Positions 13,801 to 28,800 are shown, counted from the first letter of the stretch. The stretch: DNA of 64,000 nt from Lama guanicoe (GCA_013239625.1 MU053379.1:3454866-3518865); one strand, 5' to 3'. Numbers and translations are program-made. Notes: a model not told the origin generated them from the letters alone.

Positions 13801-16800
13801 AGTTACTCCTAGTTGCTATATATTTGGGGTTCACTTGATCACCATCCATTCTCTTGAAGGGGTTTCTGTTTTAAGAATATGGTGCCTCATTAAAAGACAT
13901 GTTGAGTGAGAAAAGCAGCTGATAAGTATACACGTTGACAGAGAACGTGAGGTGTTCATCAGAATGTCGGTACTGGGTGGGTGAGGGTCGAGTTCACAAC
14001 ACAGCCCTCTAGATTTGGCCTCTGAGCTAAGGTTTTTTGTTTTTAAAGGGTTGTAAAAACAAAATAAAACATGAAAAAATATGCAACAGAGACCGTAAAT
14101 GTCCCTCCAGGCCAAAATATTTAGTGTCTGGCCCTTTACAAAAAAACATTTCCGACCCCTCGCCTGGGTGTGTTTCAGATTATGAGTGATTTTTATTTTT
14201 CAAATGGTTTGGTGAGTTCTTTTTTTAGTTAATACTTGTAACGTTAAGCGGGTCTGTCTTTAGAAAAGCCGCAGTATTTGCTCGGTTGGCGAGAATGCAG
14301 GGCTCAGAGTAGACGGGCTGAGTCTTTCCCCCCTCCCTGCAGCACGATGAGCTTGCAGACAGTCTTCCTTGTGCAGAGGGCGAGTTCATCTTCCTCCGGC
14401 TCAGTGTGCTCCGCGAGGTACGTAGCCGTGGCCCGAGCCTGGGGCTCGAAGGCGGGGTGCCCCTTGGCAGCCGTAACGCGGCACCCCTTGTCGGTTGTAG
14501 TACTTGGAGAGAGAGCTCACCATGGCCAGCCTGCCGTTCACGTTCGACGTGGAGAGGAGCATCGACGACTGGGTCTTCATGTGCTTCTTTGTGGGGAACG
14601 ACTTCCTTCCTCACCTGCCGTCCCTGGAGATCAGGTGTGTGCGCGCGCGCGGAGGTCCCCCGCCGCCCTCGCAGCCTTCCCGCCTTCGCAGTGCACGCTG
14701 GTCCTAATGCGGAATGTTTGTTTCCTGGCGGCAGGGAAGGTGCAATTGACCGTTTGGTTAACATTTACAAAACTGTGGTACACAAAACTGGGGTAAGTTC
14801 ACTCTTGAATAATTTCAAAACAGAAGTATTTGCTTGTAAAAGGAGATCATTTTACATGTATTTTATCACTTACAGGGTTACCTTACAGAAAGTGGTTATG
14901 TCAATCTGCAGAGAGTACAGATGATCATGTTAGCAGTTGGTGAAGTTGAGGATAGCATTTTTAAAAAGAGAAAGGATGATGAGGTAAAGTGTTTCTCTTG
15001 CAGTAGCTCAATTGCTCCTGTCTCTAATAGGCTATGATGACCTGTGATTGTCCTTTTAACCTCTCTGAGCGCGCTGTTAAATCATTACAGTGTATCAAAC
15101 ACCAAGGTGATCACGAGTGGCCAGTGCTTTGACTGTGGTATAAAGGTTGTGCTGCTTGCTGTGTGGAGCTGTGTATTGCACACTATGAGGGTTGCATTGT
15201 AATTTTTTCTCTTCTTACTCTTAACTAAGATGTAAATCCAAACATCTGTCTAATCAGTGGGACATGAAATGAGAATTCCACAGCTAGAAGAGTGCTGGAC
15301 TTGAACTAGTGGCTGCCGAGTGCTGTAGGCAGTGTTTCTGCTCTGGATCTAGGAGCTCTGTACTCTGGTAGCAGAGTGGATGGGGTCTGGGTTGGATTGC
15401 ATCCGCCAAAGCGGAGACTTACAGCTGTAAGAAATGTAGACTTAAAAAAGGAAATAAAATCACAAAGCACTTGGGAATTGGCTTCATATGATTGGGTGAG
15501 GGCTCAGGTGAGGAGCCCAGGTCTCCGGCTTGGGCAGTGGGGAGGTTGTGGTGCCGTTCACTGAAATAGCAGGTCCCCCTCATCTACCCAGGAGAGCAGG
15601 ATGGGATGGGGATGAGAAGAGATACTGAGTTTGAGGGGCCACTGGACACCTGAGAGGAGGGCAGTCCGTGGACCAGTTGGATGGGTGCATGTAGAGCGCT
15701 TGGCAGCAGACTCTGAAAGGAAATGTGAGAACCACTAGCAGAGGGGAGACACCTCACTGTGAGAGTGAACTTGAACTCCCTGGGAGTGTGCATGGAGTGA
15801 AATGCCTCCCGCGGGACCCTCAGGAGTGCGGGCGCTTTGGGAGAAGGTGGAATCTGTCCCAGGGAGCTGGGAGGAGCCCCCAGAGCGGGGCGCTGGTGCT
15901 GCCCAAGGCGTCAGAGCGCGATGGACAGGCCCCTCGTCCTCGGCCAGGGCTGGGGCACCCCGGGAGCCAAGGGTGGAGGGGCAGCTCCGGGAGGCAGAGT
16001 GGGTTGGAGGGTGACTATGGGGGAGTGGAAGGGAGGCGAGCGGTGGGTAAAATGAGCAGAAAGGAAGTGAAGGAATTACCCTCAGAGACTGATTTTCTAA
16101 GTCATGTGGCTGTTGAGCGATAGTAACGTACCAGCACGGCTGCATTGCTCCATGGTCTCCCGGCTGAGCGAGGATGTGCTATATCTGACAGGAGTGTCTG
16201 TCCCTCAGCTCTGCGGCCTGGGGCTGGCGTCCTCCGCTGTGGAACTCTGGGTACCCCTTTGCAGAGCAGAGGGAGGTGTGCTTTCAGAGCCTTGGGTGCT
16301 TGGCAGGCTTCACATGTAAAATTCAAAAAACAGACCTCGCTTGGTCTGGGGTATCGCATGTCTGCCGGAACGGCCGTTTTTAACTAATTCTGCACCAGGC
16401 ACAGTGGCGCCACTTGACCTGCTGCCGTTGATGCTTAAGAAAAAGCTGTACCTGCCATGTGCTACTCGGCGCACAAACGTCATGCCAGGAAAGTCCTTCT
16501 ACGTGGCTTCAGCGGGCTCCGTCCTATTAAATATCGGTGTTTGGTGTTGGGGGGGATGTGTGACCCTGGATAGATACCACGGTGCTCTAGGGTTAAGTAT
16601 GTGATTCGTTTTCCCGCTGGCCTGGCAGAGAGGACATTTCACAGCTTTGGGTCTTTTTGGCGTCCGTGACATCGTGTGACGTCTGTCAGTGTGGTTGAGT
16701 ACTGGGGAAAATTTATGACCCCTCAGAGATTCAGTATAAATAAGTATTTGGGTGCATGTGTTTTCCTGGAAAGTGTGTCTACGGCTTTTGAGAGATTTCC

Positions 16801-19800
16801 AGAGGAGTTCATAGGACAGAAAAGGACTCAACACGAGTAGGATCTGTGTGTGGTGGGCCTGCTGTGCTTGTGTGACTGCCTCCCTGAGAGACAGCGGGCC
16901 AGAGAGGAGACCGGGGCTACATCTGTGCTCACTCTGAGGCTGGGCGGTTAGGTCGGCGCGATGCTTGTTACTCCGTGAGCTTTGGTGTTTGCCTTTCTTC
17001 TTGCAGATGTTGTTTATTTGGCAGATCCTTATTAAGTGCTTACCATGTGCCAGGTAGTATTCTGAGTGTTACCGATACAGCAAAAATCAAAAGGACAAAA
17101 AAAACAGACGAAAGTTCTGACCGCGTAGAGCTGGAGTTCTCTGGGGTAGATGGACAGTAAACCATGTGAAACGAAGTGAACTGTGTCATGTGTTTGAGAG
17201 TGATAGGTGGGGGGAGGGCACAGCTCCGTGGTAGAGGGCTTGCCCAGCACGCACGGGGCCCTGGGTTCAATCCCCAGTACCTCTGTTCTATGTAAACAAA
17301 CCTAATTACCTCCCCCCTCCAAAAAATGAAAAAATAAAGCAGACGAGGAAGCGTCTGGGAAGGCAGGGTGGGAAGGCTGCCGTCCTAGAAGAGGCGACTG
17401 GAGAAGGCTTTGCTGACAGACGGCTTAGAACCAAGAGCTAGGGACGTGAGGGGTCAGCCATGCAGGAGGGGCATCCCAGACAGAGGGAACCGCTGTGACA
17501 CGGCACGAGCACACACGGGTGTCCATAGAACGGAGGGGCCAGTGGGGGGGGCAGGAGAAGAGGTCGGAAAGAAGGCAGAGGCCGAGCTGAGAGATCCCTG
17601 TAGGTCGTTAACAGGACTTCAGCTCTCAGTCTACATCTTGTAACCATAAACATGATAGAGGTGTGACACGTACTGTACAGCGATCCCTCTGGCTGCTGTG
17701 TGGAGGCAGCCAGCCCATCGGAGCCAGCGTGGCGGCAGTGAAGAAGGTAGCAGGTGGCAGGATTCTGAGCATGTTTTGAAGCTGGAACCAGCAGGTGTGG
17801 CTAACGGATTAATCCTCGATGTGAGACAAGAGGTGCCAGGAACGACCCAAGCATTTTTCTGAGCAGCTGTGATGGGAAGCCTGGGAGGGGCAGCGCTGGG
17901 GGTGGGGATTCCGCTTTGGACGTGTTCCGTTTGAGACACCCAGGTTGGGCGATGAGTGGGCAGAGGTCCTGGTAGGAGAGTCGTCAGCAGGTAGATGGTG
18001 TTTAAAGCCCCGAGACTGGATGATTACTTCCGTGAGAGCACAGAAGTGGAGAGGGCCAAGTGTCGGGCCCGGAGAGCCACCAGCACGAAGAGGCTGGGGA
18101 GCTGCGTGGAGACGCAGCAGGATGAGAGAGGAGGGCAGGTGAGTGCAGGGTCCTGGCGGCCAGGAAGGGAGGGCCGTGGTCAGATAGGAGAAGTTTCCTT
18201 AATGGTGGGGCAGAGGCTTGATTAGGGAGATGGGCGGTGTTCACGTCTCAGGAGGTTTTAGGGCAGCCGGTCACCACGTGTCGGGGTGCAGCTCTGGTTC
18301 AGAATTCCGTTGCAGGTGGTGGCTCTGGCACAGAGGGGTGGCAGTGCAGCGAGTAGGGTGACCACCCCAGCTGTCACTTCAGTGCTTTCTGAGGTAAAGG
18401 AGGCCTTTGAGTGACCCAGTATGTGGGGAGCAAGATCAGCCCTAAATCCTGTCTGGTTGAAACCATGGCTGCATTTTGAAAACGAGTGCAGGGGCCTGGC
18501 CCCTTTCCTGTGGGCCAGCTCAGCCCGGAATAAGCAGTGCAGACACCTGTGTTGTCTTCCTGTCTTTGATCGACATCCTGGACTTGGCGGGGTAGGATTT
18601 GCGTAGCGCCCCACTGCTCTCCAGCCGCTGTGCCATACGTGTCTCAGGGTTAGGACCTGTCAAGCCTCATTATTAAGTTGCTTTGTTGACTCTCTTCAGT
18701 GGTCATCTTGATGATTAGCTGTATTCAGTTACAACTTAAGAGACTTGTTTTCTTATGTGTGTCTTCTCCACATCGGCAGCCTATTCACTCCAGCGTGAAA
18801 CCAGGGGTCTTTGTCATGACTCTTGCATTCTTTCCTGAAACGGTGTGAAAAACAATCTGAAAAAAAAATTAAGAGGAAAAATTTAAATTATATCTAAACT
18901 CAGTCTAGAACGCTCTCTGTCCATCCAGAGTTCTGCTCTGCAGCACTTAGAGCGCACGTTCCATTGCCTAGTTTAATTGTGTGCCTTGGTTTCTGGGGTC
19001 TTCCTTTAAAACTTTAATTGTCTCCTGAATCATTCCTGGTAATGTTTAACTCTTACATTTTTGTGTAATTATTTGACAGAATATGTGGATTTTATACTTT
19101 TAGGACAGTTTTAGAAGACGACAGAAAGAAAAAAGAAAGAGAATGAAGGTGAGTTTTCCCGAATTCCACAAGACTGGCAGTGGTGTTAAGTTCACAGCTG
19201 GGGAGGAGGATGTTCATTACTGAGCTTTTTATTCCTTTCCCAGGAGGGGTTGGTTAGGGACTTAGCCCCCACCCAGCTGCCTTCTTACCTGGTATTGACT
19301 TTAAAGAGATCCTTATTTATTGCCACTGTCCTACAAGCCCTAGAGAGTCTGCAGGAAACACTCGGTAGGCAGGAGCGGGCAGGTGACACTCAGCTGTCTG
19401 AGGTTTTACAAGAGTCAGGTGTTGTTTTTGTGGTAAGAACAGTCGACCCTTTGTGTCCCCTTGCAAGCCTGTATTGTCAGGCTCATCTTCCTAGAACAAG
19501 ATATCAGAGCCATGTTGTTTCTCTGCTTGGAAGTCACCAGTGACCCTTGGTGTGGCTGCCATGCGCACTGAGGTCTGGTCGGGCCCTGGCCGCCAGCTCC
19601 CCCTGCTCTCTTCTCAGCGCACCCCGTCCCTCCTGACTTGGAGCCTTGCCTCCCGTTGGCCCCTCCAGAAGGTGCCTGCTCCGGACCCCGCACACCTTGT
19701 CGTCTCCCCGGCCTCCCTTGCTGCTTCTGCTTGTAGTCTAGGTTGAGCAGTCCTTCCCTTTATCTCTAGCGATTCTTGTCTTCCTTGTTGAATTTTAAAC

Positions 19801-22800
19801 TCATGCAGTTGAGAGACTGCCTTTTATTCTCCTCTTTCATGGGGTTTGAGCAGTTTCAGGAGCCCAGAAAGGAGAAGAGTAGAGTTACTTGTTGTTGCAG
19901 GACGGTTCCAAGCCGCTTAGATTGGGAGGAACGTATTTGGTTTCTTCTTTATGTATTTTTTACTTTCTTTTCAATTAGTTTTTTTATTGAGATATAGTTC
20001 ATGTAGCAGTACATGTTTCAGGTGGACGACAGTGATTCACAATTTTTAAAGGTTATATGCCATTTATGGTTAGTATAAAATGCTGGTTATATTCCCTGTG
20101 TTGTACAGTATATCCTTGCAGCTTATTTATTTTATATGTAGTACCAGATATTTTGTACCAGATATTATTTTGTGTCAGTAGCTATCAGTCAGCCACAGCT
20201 GTCACCTATTATAGCTGTAATCATATCTCTAATTGGCAGTAAAGAGTTAAATTCTAGCAAGGTGAAGGGTTAATAGAAGCTGTATTTCCTACGGAGAATT
20301 CAAACTCCTGACTTTTTTTTAACCATTAAGGTAAATGTTATATTTGTGTTATTATTTGTTATTTTTATTTGCCTAAAATCATGTCTTGAACGTGTTAGGA
20401 AATTGTAGGTAAACACAGCAGAACAGCCTAGTGAGGCTTGAACACTTCCTGCGTGGAACTGAAAGTAGCTGGCACTCAGTCTGTGCAGTCGCAGCAGAAC
20501 GGGCGCCGCGTGTTCCCTTGGAGCAGGGTTACTGCTGCAGACTTGTTTGCAGGGCAGGTCGCCTTCGTGTCAGACGTGGATGACCCCGTGATGCTGGCAG
20601 AAACCCGTTCTGCCCTTGAAGTGCCCACAGTGGGGACCCTTCCCACTGCCCTTGTTTCTGCCTGTCCTCTAACTGTGTTGTGATTTAATTTCTACATTCG
20701 TTTATTTCCGTTTGTGTTAGAGAGATCAGCCGTCTTTCTCCCCTGGTGGAATATTAACTCCTCATGCCCTGGGTTCGAGAAGTTCACTAGGATCTCAAGT
20801 GGCCAGTAACCCGAGACAAGCAGCCTATGAAATGAGGATGCAGAACAGCTCCGTAAGTGACTCGCCTCCGTGCACATGGAGGGTGGGGACTGTTGCATGC
20901 CCCCTGCCGCTGTGTGTGAGGTAATCCCTTAGCCTGGAGTGGTTCTGTTTTGTAGTTTTTCTCAACTTCCTTTGCCTTGAGATGATGTTAATTCTCTTAA
21001 ATCCATCTTTATCAATACGATAACACCTAAGTGACGTGGAAGAGAAGAGCGTGCGCATGAGCATAGACAGCCCCATAGCTGCGCATGCCTGTGACACGGC
21101 CGGGCCACGGCGCCCCCTCTGCCCAAAGGCACGGCGGCGACGGCGCCGGGAGCACGGGGGAAGGCCGGCTGCCTCTGCGTGGGACCCGAGAGGAGGGCCT
21201 GCCTTGCCTTCCAGGGCTCGGTTACGGGCCTTCTGCAGAACAGTATTCCTCAGTCTGTTCAGTACAGGTCTCCTCTCCGCCTGAACCCTCGCCAGCCCAG
21301 TCAGCGGACAGAGCGAGGGGGTTTCAGGGCCACTCTCACCGCCCAGGCTCTGATTGCTCCCTGTTTGTAAACCCCCTGCATGTCAACTGAATGGATGTGC
21401 CTCATGGTACCCCTCTTCGTCTGAATTTGTCGTCCAAACTGCAGAAGCAGGTGGTCCCAGCCAGCGAGGCTGTGCTGTCTAGTAGCTCCCTGTTGTGCTG
21501 ATGAGATCAGGAGCTCCAGGCCCGCGGCAGGTCGGCGAGCGGGGATGCGGGAACTACTGCACAGGCCACAGGGAGTCACAGCCGTTGCTCACTTCAGGCT
21601 AGTAAGCGTGAGAGGGAGTTCTGTAGGGGGAGGAGAAGATGCTGTGTGCAGTTTTCCTGTGATACACCCGAGGAAACGGCATAGATTCGGACACTGAAGT
21701 TTTGCTTTTCTAGTAGTTATCCTTGCTGATGCTCGCATCCCTTATTACAGGGCAATCCCATATGTGAGATTTTTTGCCATATCGAGAGACTGATTGAATT
21801 TATATTCCCATATATTCTCAACTAGATGTCTCAGGACCTTAGATTTGGAATCTGAGAAAGAAGGTGTTGCATCTCCTGAGAGGAGGCGCTTGGGTTCCTG
21901 TTGCATTTTTGTTTGGCTTGGTTTTTGTTTTCTTGTCTTATCCCTTGCTCATGAACAGGGTGGGGTGTGGAGGGTCAGAGAAAGGGGATGCAGTGAGACC
22001 CTTGAGTAGAACAGTAAAGGCTGATGTCTGTCATTCAAGGTCACAGGGACTACAGCCCCTTAGAGTGGGACTGGAAGTGGCCGGCGTTCTCGGCCATGAG
22101 AATGATAGAACGCTGCTTTCTTAATGTCTGGGAGGCAGGTGGGTTTGAACTTTGCCGCTCGTGAGTACCCTGAGGAGGGCTCCAGTGGTGTGTTCAGGCT
22201 CCACAGAACCCGCCCACTGTTGATGATAACCCCTGAAATGGTGTCAGAGTCGGGAGGCTGGTGTTCACCTTGCTTATTTGATCCTTGTTTAATTCCTCTG
22301 GACACAGTTATTTCTCTTGGAGTCTTTGCACAGAGGGATTTCCATCTAGAATGTTCCGAATTTAAGGAAGTCATGAAGCCACGTTACCGGTTCATTTAAA
22401 GATGACCTTTGGAGTTCTGGGTTTGTTGTTCGGCGTGGCTTTCTTTGCCCTGTTTTTTTGGAGTTGTTGGAAGTGTTAGTGCATGACGCGTGTCTGCCGG
22501 TGGTCACGTGGCTTTTGTTTCTTCATAAGTATGTGTTTTTAATCTTTACATTCTGATGCATGGTTTCTTTATTTCTCAATTTAACAGAATTTGATTGCAA
22601 AATGGCTTTTTAAAAAAGACATTTTTTGTGAATTAGTATGAATCTGGTATGTTCAGGAAAGAATCCTTCTGTTGGCAGAGACAGAGAAGAGAGAGTGGAG
22701 GTTTAGCATTAAAGAGCAAACACCCACCTTTTTTCTTTTCCTCAGAAGTGTGTTTTTGTTATTTAAAGATGGAATTTATCTTTTGTCAATACGGGAAAGT

Positions 22801-25800
22801 TTGCTTTTTACACAGCTTCTTCTCGTAATTTTAATCCAGGTGGATTAGCCTGGGGTTTAAAAGGTAGCAGTGATGGCTCAGTGAATCAGGTGTGCTCTTG
22901 ATCTTTCACACCTTTCGTTTCACTTAATCCCGGCAATAACCTCTGAAGAGGGAACACTGTCACTATCGCTCCACGCTGAGGCTGCGGCTTCAACTGCCCG
23001 GAAGGGTGACCTTGTGCCCCCGGCTCAGATCTGCCCGAGCACACCCATCTCGCTTTGCGGGTGCAGCCGTGCGCTCCTGGACTGACTGCCTTACTGGTTC
23101 TGTGGAGGTTTGGGGACAGTGTTGGCCACACGGCATCATGAGTGAAACTGACACTATACATTTTTAAAAGGAAAGTGTTTTAAACTCTATGTGAAATACA
23201 ATTTTGTTTTGCTGTAACAAACGTTCTTAGCCTGTGGTGGGAGTTACCTTTATGCTAAGGTTTTAGCTACAGTATCAGTAAAATATCTTCTTGAGCTCTC
23301 AGTTTAAAAATAATTCAATTTACTCGAAATACCTAATATACTGTGAATAACAGAAAAAACCTTTACCATGAAAACCTTTTCTGCCACTTAAGTTTTTGGT
23401 CATTTAACATAAAACTAAAGTTGCAGATTTTAAATTTTTAATTAAATATTAAAATCCTGTAGGCTGCTCCTGTCTTCATTGAATTAGGGACAGAAGGAAG
23501 AGATGGTAGTGAATTTAAAGTGATATCTAGGTCTTTGAAGTACTAGTAAGGTGTGCATTTTTCTAAGACGACCAATAGAGTTTTATGTCTACATTGAATT
23601 TTAAAACAGTATGTGTAAAATAATGTGATAGTTATCTGGCAGAGTCTTGCTAAACTGCTGCTTTCCAGAGGGGTTGTACTAGTTTGAACACACAGCATTT
23701 AACTTCATCTTCACCAGCTTGACTATTTTATGTATTACTAATTTATGTATATGTGTATTTTCCCCCTTTACATAAAGTTTGCTATTTGATGGTAGAAAGT
23801 GATCATGAATTCCTAAGAACAGGGAATCACCAAAGGAAGACAATTTAAGTAGTAGTTTAAAAAAAATCTATAAAATTAAAATTTTCGTTTTTCTTCTGAA
23901 GCAGTTTTTACCCTCAGAATGTTCAAATTCTTTTCAGGTTCAGCGCAGGAAGCGTGGCGCTGTGTTACTCTTGGGGGAAGTGCGACAGGCCAGATCAGTC
24001 TTGGTGTTTTCTAAATACGTTTACCATGCCTGTTTACCAGCTCTTTAAAAAACGTAGTAGCACGAAGCATGGTGCTGATAGCGGCTGGGTGTAACTTCGT
24101 GTATGAAATGAATAATTAAATCCTCCTCTGAACATCGTCCTTGTCTGCAGAGTCCTTCGGTGTCTCCTAACACGAGCTTCACCTCTGACGGCTCCCCGTC
24201 TCCGAGAGGGATTAAGCGAAAAGCGGAAGACAGTGACAGTGAACCTGAGCCAGAGGATAACGTCAGGTGAAGCCTTTTTTTTGGTAGCACTTTGTTAGCA
24301 AATTGCTGAAATAGAGGCAGTCTAATTAATGCTGTTTAGCCTAGAGCCTCGGTGCCGTCAGATCTTTGCCCGTGATCTTTTTATCCACCAGTAATTACTG
24401 TGGAGGGTTGGAACAGCCAGTCAATTCCAGGGAGAGGAGTAAGCTGTAGCCGTTAAACCCAAGCATGGAGATTAGTATGCGCGTGGGTTCTTGCCCTCCG
24501 AGCCTCATTCCCTCTGAGACCAGGCCCCGGATCAGCTAGACGTGAGGTGCTGAGCTCGGACTGTGCGATCTGCACGCTGCTGTGCTGAGCTGGAATCTGT
24601 GAGCTGCTTAACCCAGAAGGCTCAGTTACTGTTGGATACATAATGTGGCTTGCTTTAGTCTCAGTTGAGAAGTTTTTTCCTCAAGATGAAATATGCAAAA
24701 GTCATTTGGTTAAGAAATAAATATGTAGTTTTAAAAGCCGCGGACCTGCATATGCACGGTTCTGTTTCATGACACAGTTTTCCTTTAGCAGTATACTTAC
24801 CCCCTTATAGTAGGAACCTTTGGTTCTTTAATTGGTCGAGAAGTTTGAGGTCATCATTATAGTAAGACTGACAGCCTCTGCCGTAATTAAATCCAGGTTT
24901 GAATCCTGGGCTCCAAGTGCAGAAGGCCGACAGTCTCAGTAACTCATTAAGAACTTAGCAGAATGGTATGTTTCAGAGTTAAGCAAACAGCAGTGGTCCA
25001 CAGTTCACCCTGCTACACGGGGTGTCGATGCTGTATTTGTATTTGTGGTTAGAAACTTGACAGCTGTCATGTGTGATTCTGTGCTTTCCAGACATCCTTT
25101 GATGTCAGATTCTGAGATCTCTGGTGACCTGTAATCGAACACTTACCTGACTTGAGTTTTACCGCTCTGCTTCTGTAACAATGGCTTTTCCTCTGAGAGT
25201 GTTTTTTGTTTTACTGTGAAGCCATCATGATCAATACTAGCTTAATCGTTAGCTTGATTTATTTAGTACTTTATCATTTAATCCTTGTGCTGAGTATAAT
25301 CGAGGTAGGAATGCTTCTATCAGGAAGTACTTGAGGGGGGAGGGTATAGCTCAGTAGTAGAGCGCATGCCTCGCACATGCAAGGTCCTGGGTTCAATCCC
25401 CAGTCCCTCCACTAGAATAAATAAACACCTAATTACTGCCCCACCCCCAAAAGAAATGCTTGGGATTCTTAGCATCTATTTTGTTAATAGTTTCTATAAA
25501 ATGGTGACAGTCCACATTACAGACGGAGAATCCTTCTCCTGGTTGGTGTTCTGTGAACCCATTGTGTGTGTGGGGTATGGGGTCCCCCACTGTCCCAAAG
25601 TGGAGGTGCCCGTGACACCTCTCATAGCCACCGTGCCGTGCAGTGAAGCAGCAGTGGCCTTAGGACACATCTGCCAGCAGATGCACAGAATGAACGGAGA
25701 TAAAGCTCCGGCAGCTGGATGCCGGCTGCGGTTCCCGGGCAGGGCTTGGCGGGACCACTCCCGCTGCCCTGTGACGGCTCGCAGGAATCACGCTGAACGT

Positions 25801-28800
25801 CATTTCCACTTTCTTTTTTTGGTTAAAGCAGAAATCCTCCTTGGATTTCTTTCGGTTAAAGAAAACAGGTATTCGTGTAGGTCTTTTGCAAAAGCAGAGT
25901 GGTGTAATGCAAACTTTTGAAAAGCAGGGCACACTTGTGTCCTGAAACACGACTGCAATTAGTGTGTGAGACCGGGGGCCTGGCAGCGGGCGGTCTTAGT
26001 GTAGGCTCGCCCTACCTGGTGTTCCTGGTCGGGCGGGATTTTTTTTCCCTGCTGCTTTGTGTTCCTTCAAGGAAATGTTTTAATCTCTTAGAGAATGAGA
26101 AGTGAGTGCTTAGGAAAACATATGCTCCGGGTGAAAAATGCGGTTCTTCACGTTGTATTTTCAGTGATTAATGATTGTGTAGTGAGTTGACTGACCTGCC
26201 TTTGAGTTTTATCAGAACACACACACACACGCCTGCCTACCTGCCTGCGCGTGCTCAGCCTTGCCTTCGGCCGGCGGCTCTTCGCTCAGAGCGCCTAAGG
26301 CCCAAGGGTGGGAGGAGTGGGTTAGGTAGACACTTTACTCTTTTATAAACCACCTTTTACCTCTAAAAGAGTTACCCAAGCAATTTTTTTTAAAGTAATT
26401 TAACTGACTTTTTTGTACAGTTTAAATATATTTTAACAAACTGAGGAACTTGCACTATTAAAAATACCTGCAGTATTTGAATCTTTAAATGTAATTTTAG
26501 AATTATTCCACAAATATGAACATTTGAGCGAACAAGTGTTCTGTCTACTTTAGTGACTATTCTTTTTTAAAATGTGGTTCTATAATGATTTGATTAGAAT
26601 CAGTGTTTGAGTTTCTGATGTTTAAATGTCTTTAAGTTGGTAATAAATCCTGTGAAAGTAGACTTTTTAGAAATAATTAAATGAAGCTGTGTTTGTTAAC
26701 ATTACTGTTTAACTTATTTACACTGCACCTGGATATTAAATATACATTGATTTGGGTGATGAATAGGTAGACAGTTACCAAAAGTACATTACTTGAGCGT
26801 GAACTGGCTTTGCCTGGATTTTAGACTGTGGGAAGCGGGCTGGAAGCAGCGGTACTACAAGAACAAATTCGACGTGGACGCGGCCGATGAGAAGTTCCGT
26901 CGCAAAGTTGTGCAGTCTTACGTGGAAGGGCTCTGCTGGGTTCTTCGCTATTATTACCAGGTACAGAGGGAATGCTTTCCTTTAGATCTCCAGCTTTTAG
27001 TCATTTTAGGAGAATAGTTTCTGTAATAATGTGTGCCATTGAGCTGTATTCTGAATTAAACCTAGACTCACTTTTTTTTAAGCTTTTTGTTTAGAAATTC
27101 ATCACTTTAAATAATATTTGTTTCTAAACCTCCTTAGGTGTTAATATACAAACAAAGCTAATGTATGTTGTGTTGAAGGGCTTCCACATCGGGTATCGTT
27201 GAGTGTACTTTGTCTTCCAAATGATTTAAGTTTAGTTTTCTTTAAAATTGGAATGAAAAAATACTTGAGTAGCTAATAGATAGGCGCTCAGTGACTGAAC
27301 AGAGGACAAAGCCTGGAAAATTCTGGTAAGAATCTCAGGATCTTGAATGATACCACTTCCTCCTTCCTCACGGCCTGTGATAACTGAGCTGTCAGACTGG
27401 TGAGAGGCCAGGCAGACACGTGGGGCTGTGGCGCCGGCGGTTCTGTCTGGTTTTGTGCTCGGAGAGGGAAGCAAGTGAAGTTTGGTGTGATCTGGGAGTA
27501 GGGGAGCCTAGGAAGTAGAAAGTAATGCACCTAAGTATCACCTATAAAGTATTTTAATTTCATGTTTTACTCCTGCTGAGATTTTAATCCACCAGGCACA
27601 GGGTCCAAACACATACCAGGAAGACCTCTCTTTTCTATGAGCATAACTTGCTTTTGTTTTGGGGGGTTTTTTGGTGGGCTTACTTGAATAGTTTTATAAT
27701 AGAGAAATTTGTCACTGAAAGTATAATAGGGAATTGTAAGGTAAGACTTTTCCCTATTTTATTCTCAGTCACGGTGCTGTCCCCTCCTGGCCTGTCGGCC
27801 CAGGGAGTGTCAGCTCAGCTGCTTTTCATTGTGTTTGATGACAGCAGCTCCAGAGTTGTAAAAAATGCCACCAACCACATTTTAAGGACGAAAATCTTCA
27901 CCAGATTGTGTTTGTTAATATAAAGTTTGGTATTAGCTACTGATAATTAAAGACATTTTGCAGTATTTTTTAAATCAAGGGACCATTGACATGAAATTTT
28001 AAAGTTCAGATTTAATCTAATAACTTCTAGGACTTGTGGAAAAATTAACAGAAGTCATGTGTTTTATAAATGGAATGTTATAGGCTGAATAGTCGAGTCT
28101 TTCTTTCTTTGTCTCTGTGTCACTGACATCATTGTGGGTTTTGCTGTCTGGTGGCTAGGGCTGTGCGTCCTGGAAGTGGTACTACCCGTTCCACTACGCG
28201 CCGTTTGCTTCAGACTTTGAAGGTATTGCGGATATGCCCTCTGATTTTGAGAAGGGGACTAAACCGGTAAGCCGAATTATTTAGGGCCATAAAATTCATA
28301 GAATTCTGGCTTAGATAAAAATTGTGTGTCAGATGTTGAAGTTTTTTCCTTTTTGCAGTTTAAACCACTGGAACAACTGATGGGGGTTTTTCCAGCTGCA
28401 AGTGGTAACTTTCTGCCTCCGTCATGGCGGAAGCTCATGAGTGACCCTGTGAGTCTTTCAGTGCTTTGAGGGTGTTGGGACCTGGGTTTCTGTCATACAT
28501 TTTACTAGCAATAGTCACAATTGCTTTTGCATCTCGTCTTTAAGAGCGTGAAGTGCAGAAACAAATGAAAGTATTTGAGTTCTTCTGTATATTTTTCACT
28601 GCTTTTTTTTTCCTGCTTCCCTTGGCCATCAGTACCCTAACCAGTAAATAAAATTGATTTGTGTTTGGGGAAAATTCTTAGAACAGGTGTTGTGTTCTCA
28701 GCTTCCCTGTAAGCCATTATTTTTGTTTGTTCCAGCCTTCGTGGTGGCTGCCAGAGCTCAGAAACCTGGCCCGCCTGGAACCCCCTCCAGGCTGGCTTTG

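Noticed and set aside
14225..14924. 172-179 aa ORFs over exons 10-13 on both strands
   Set aside because: By-products of GC-rich exons and short introns; the spliced XRN2 frame explains the coding signal.
25335..25410. tRNA-like A and B boxes (also at 2596 and 17209)
   Set aside because: Followed by a shared non-tRNA body and A-rich tail in three dispersed copies, so SINEs rather than tRNA genes.
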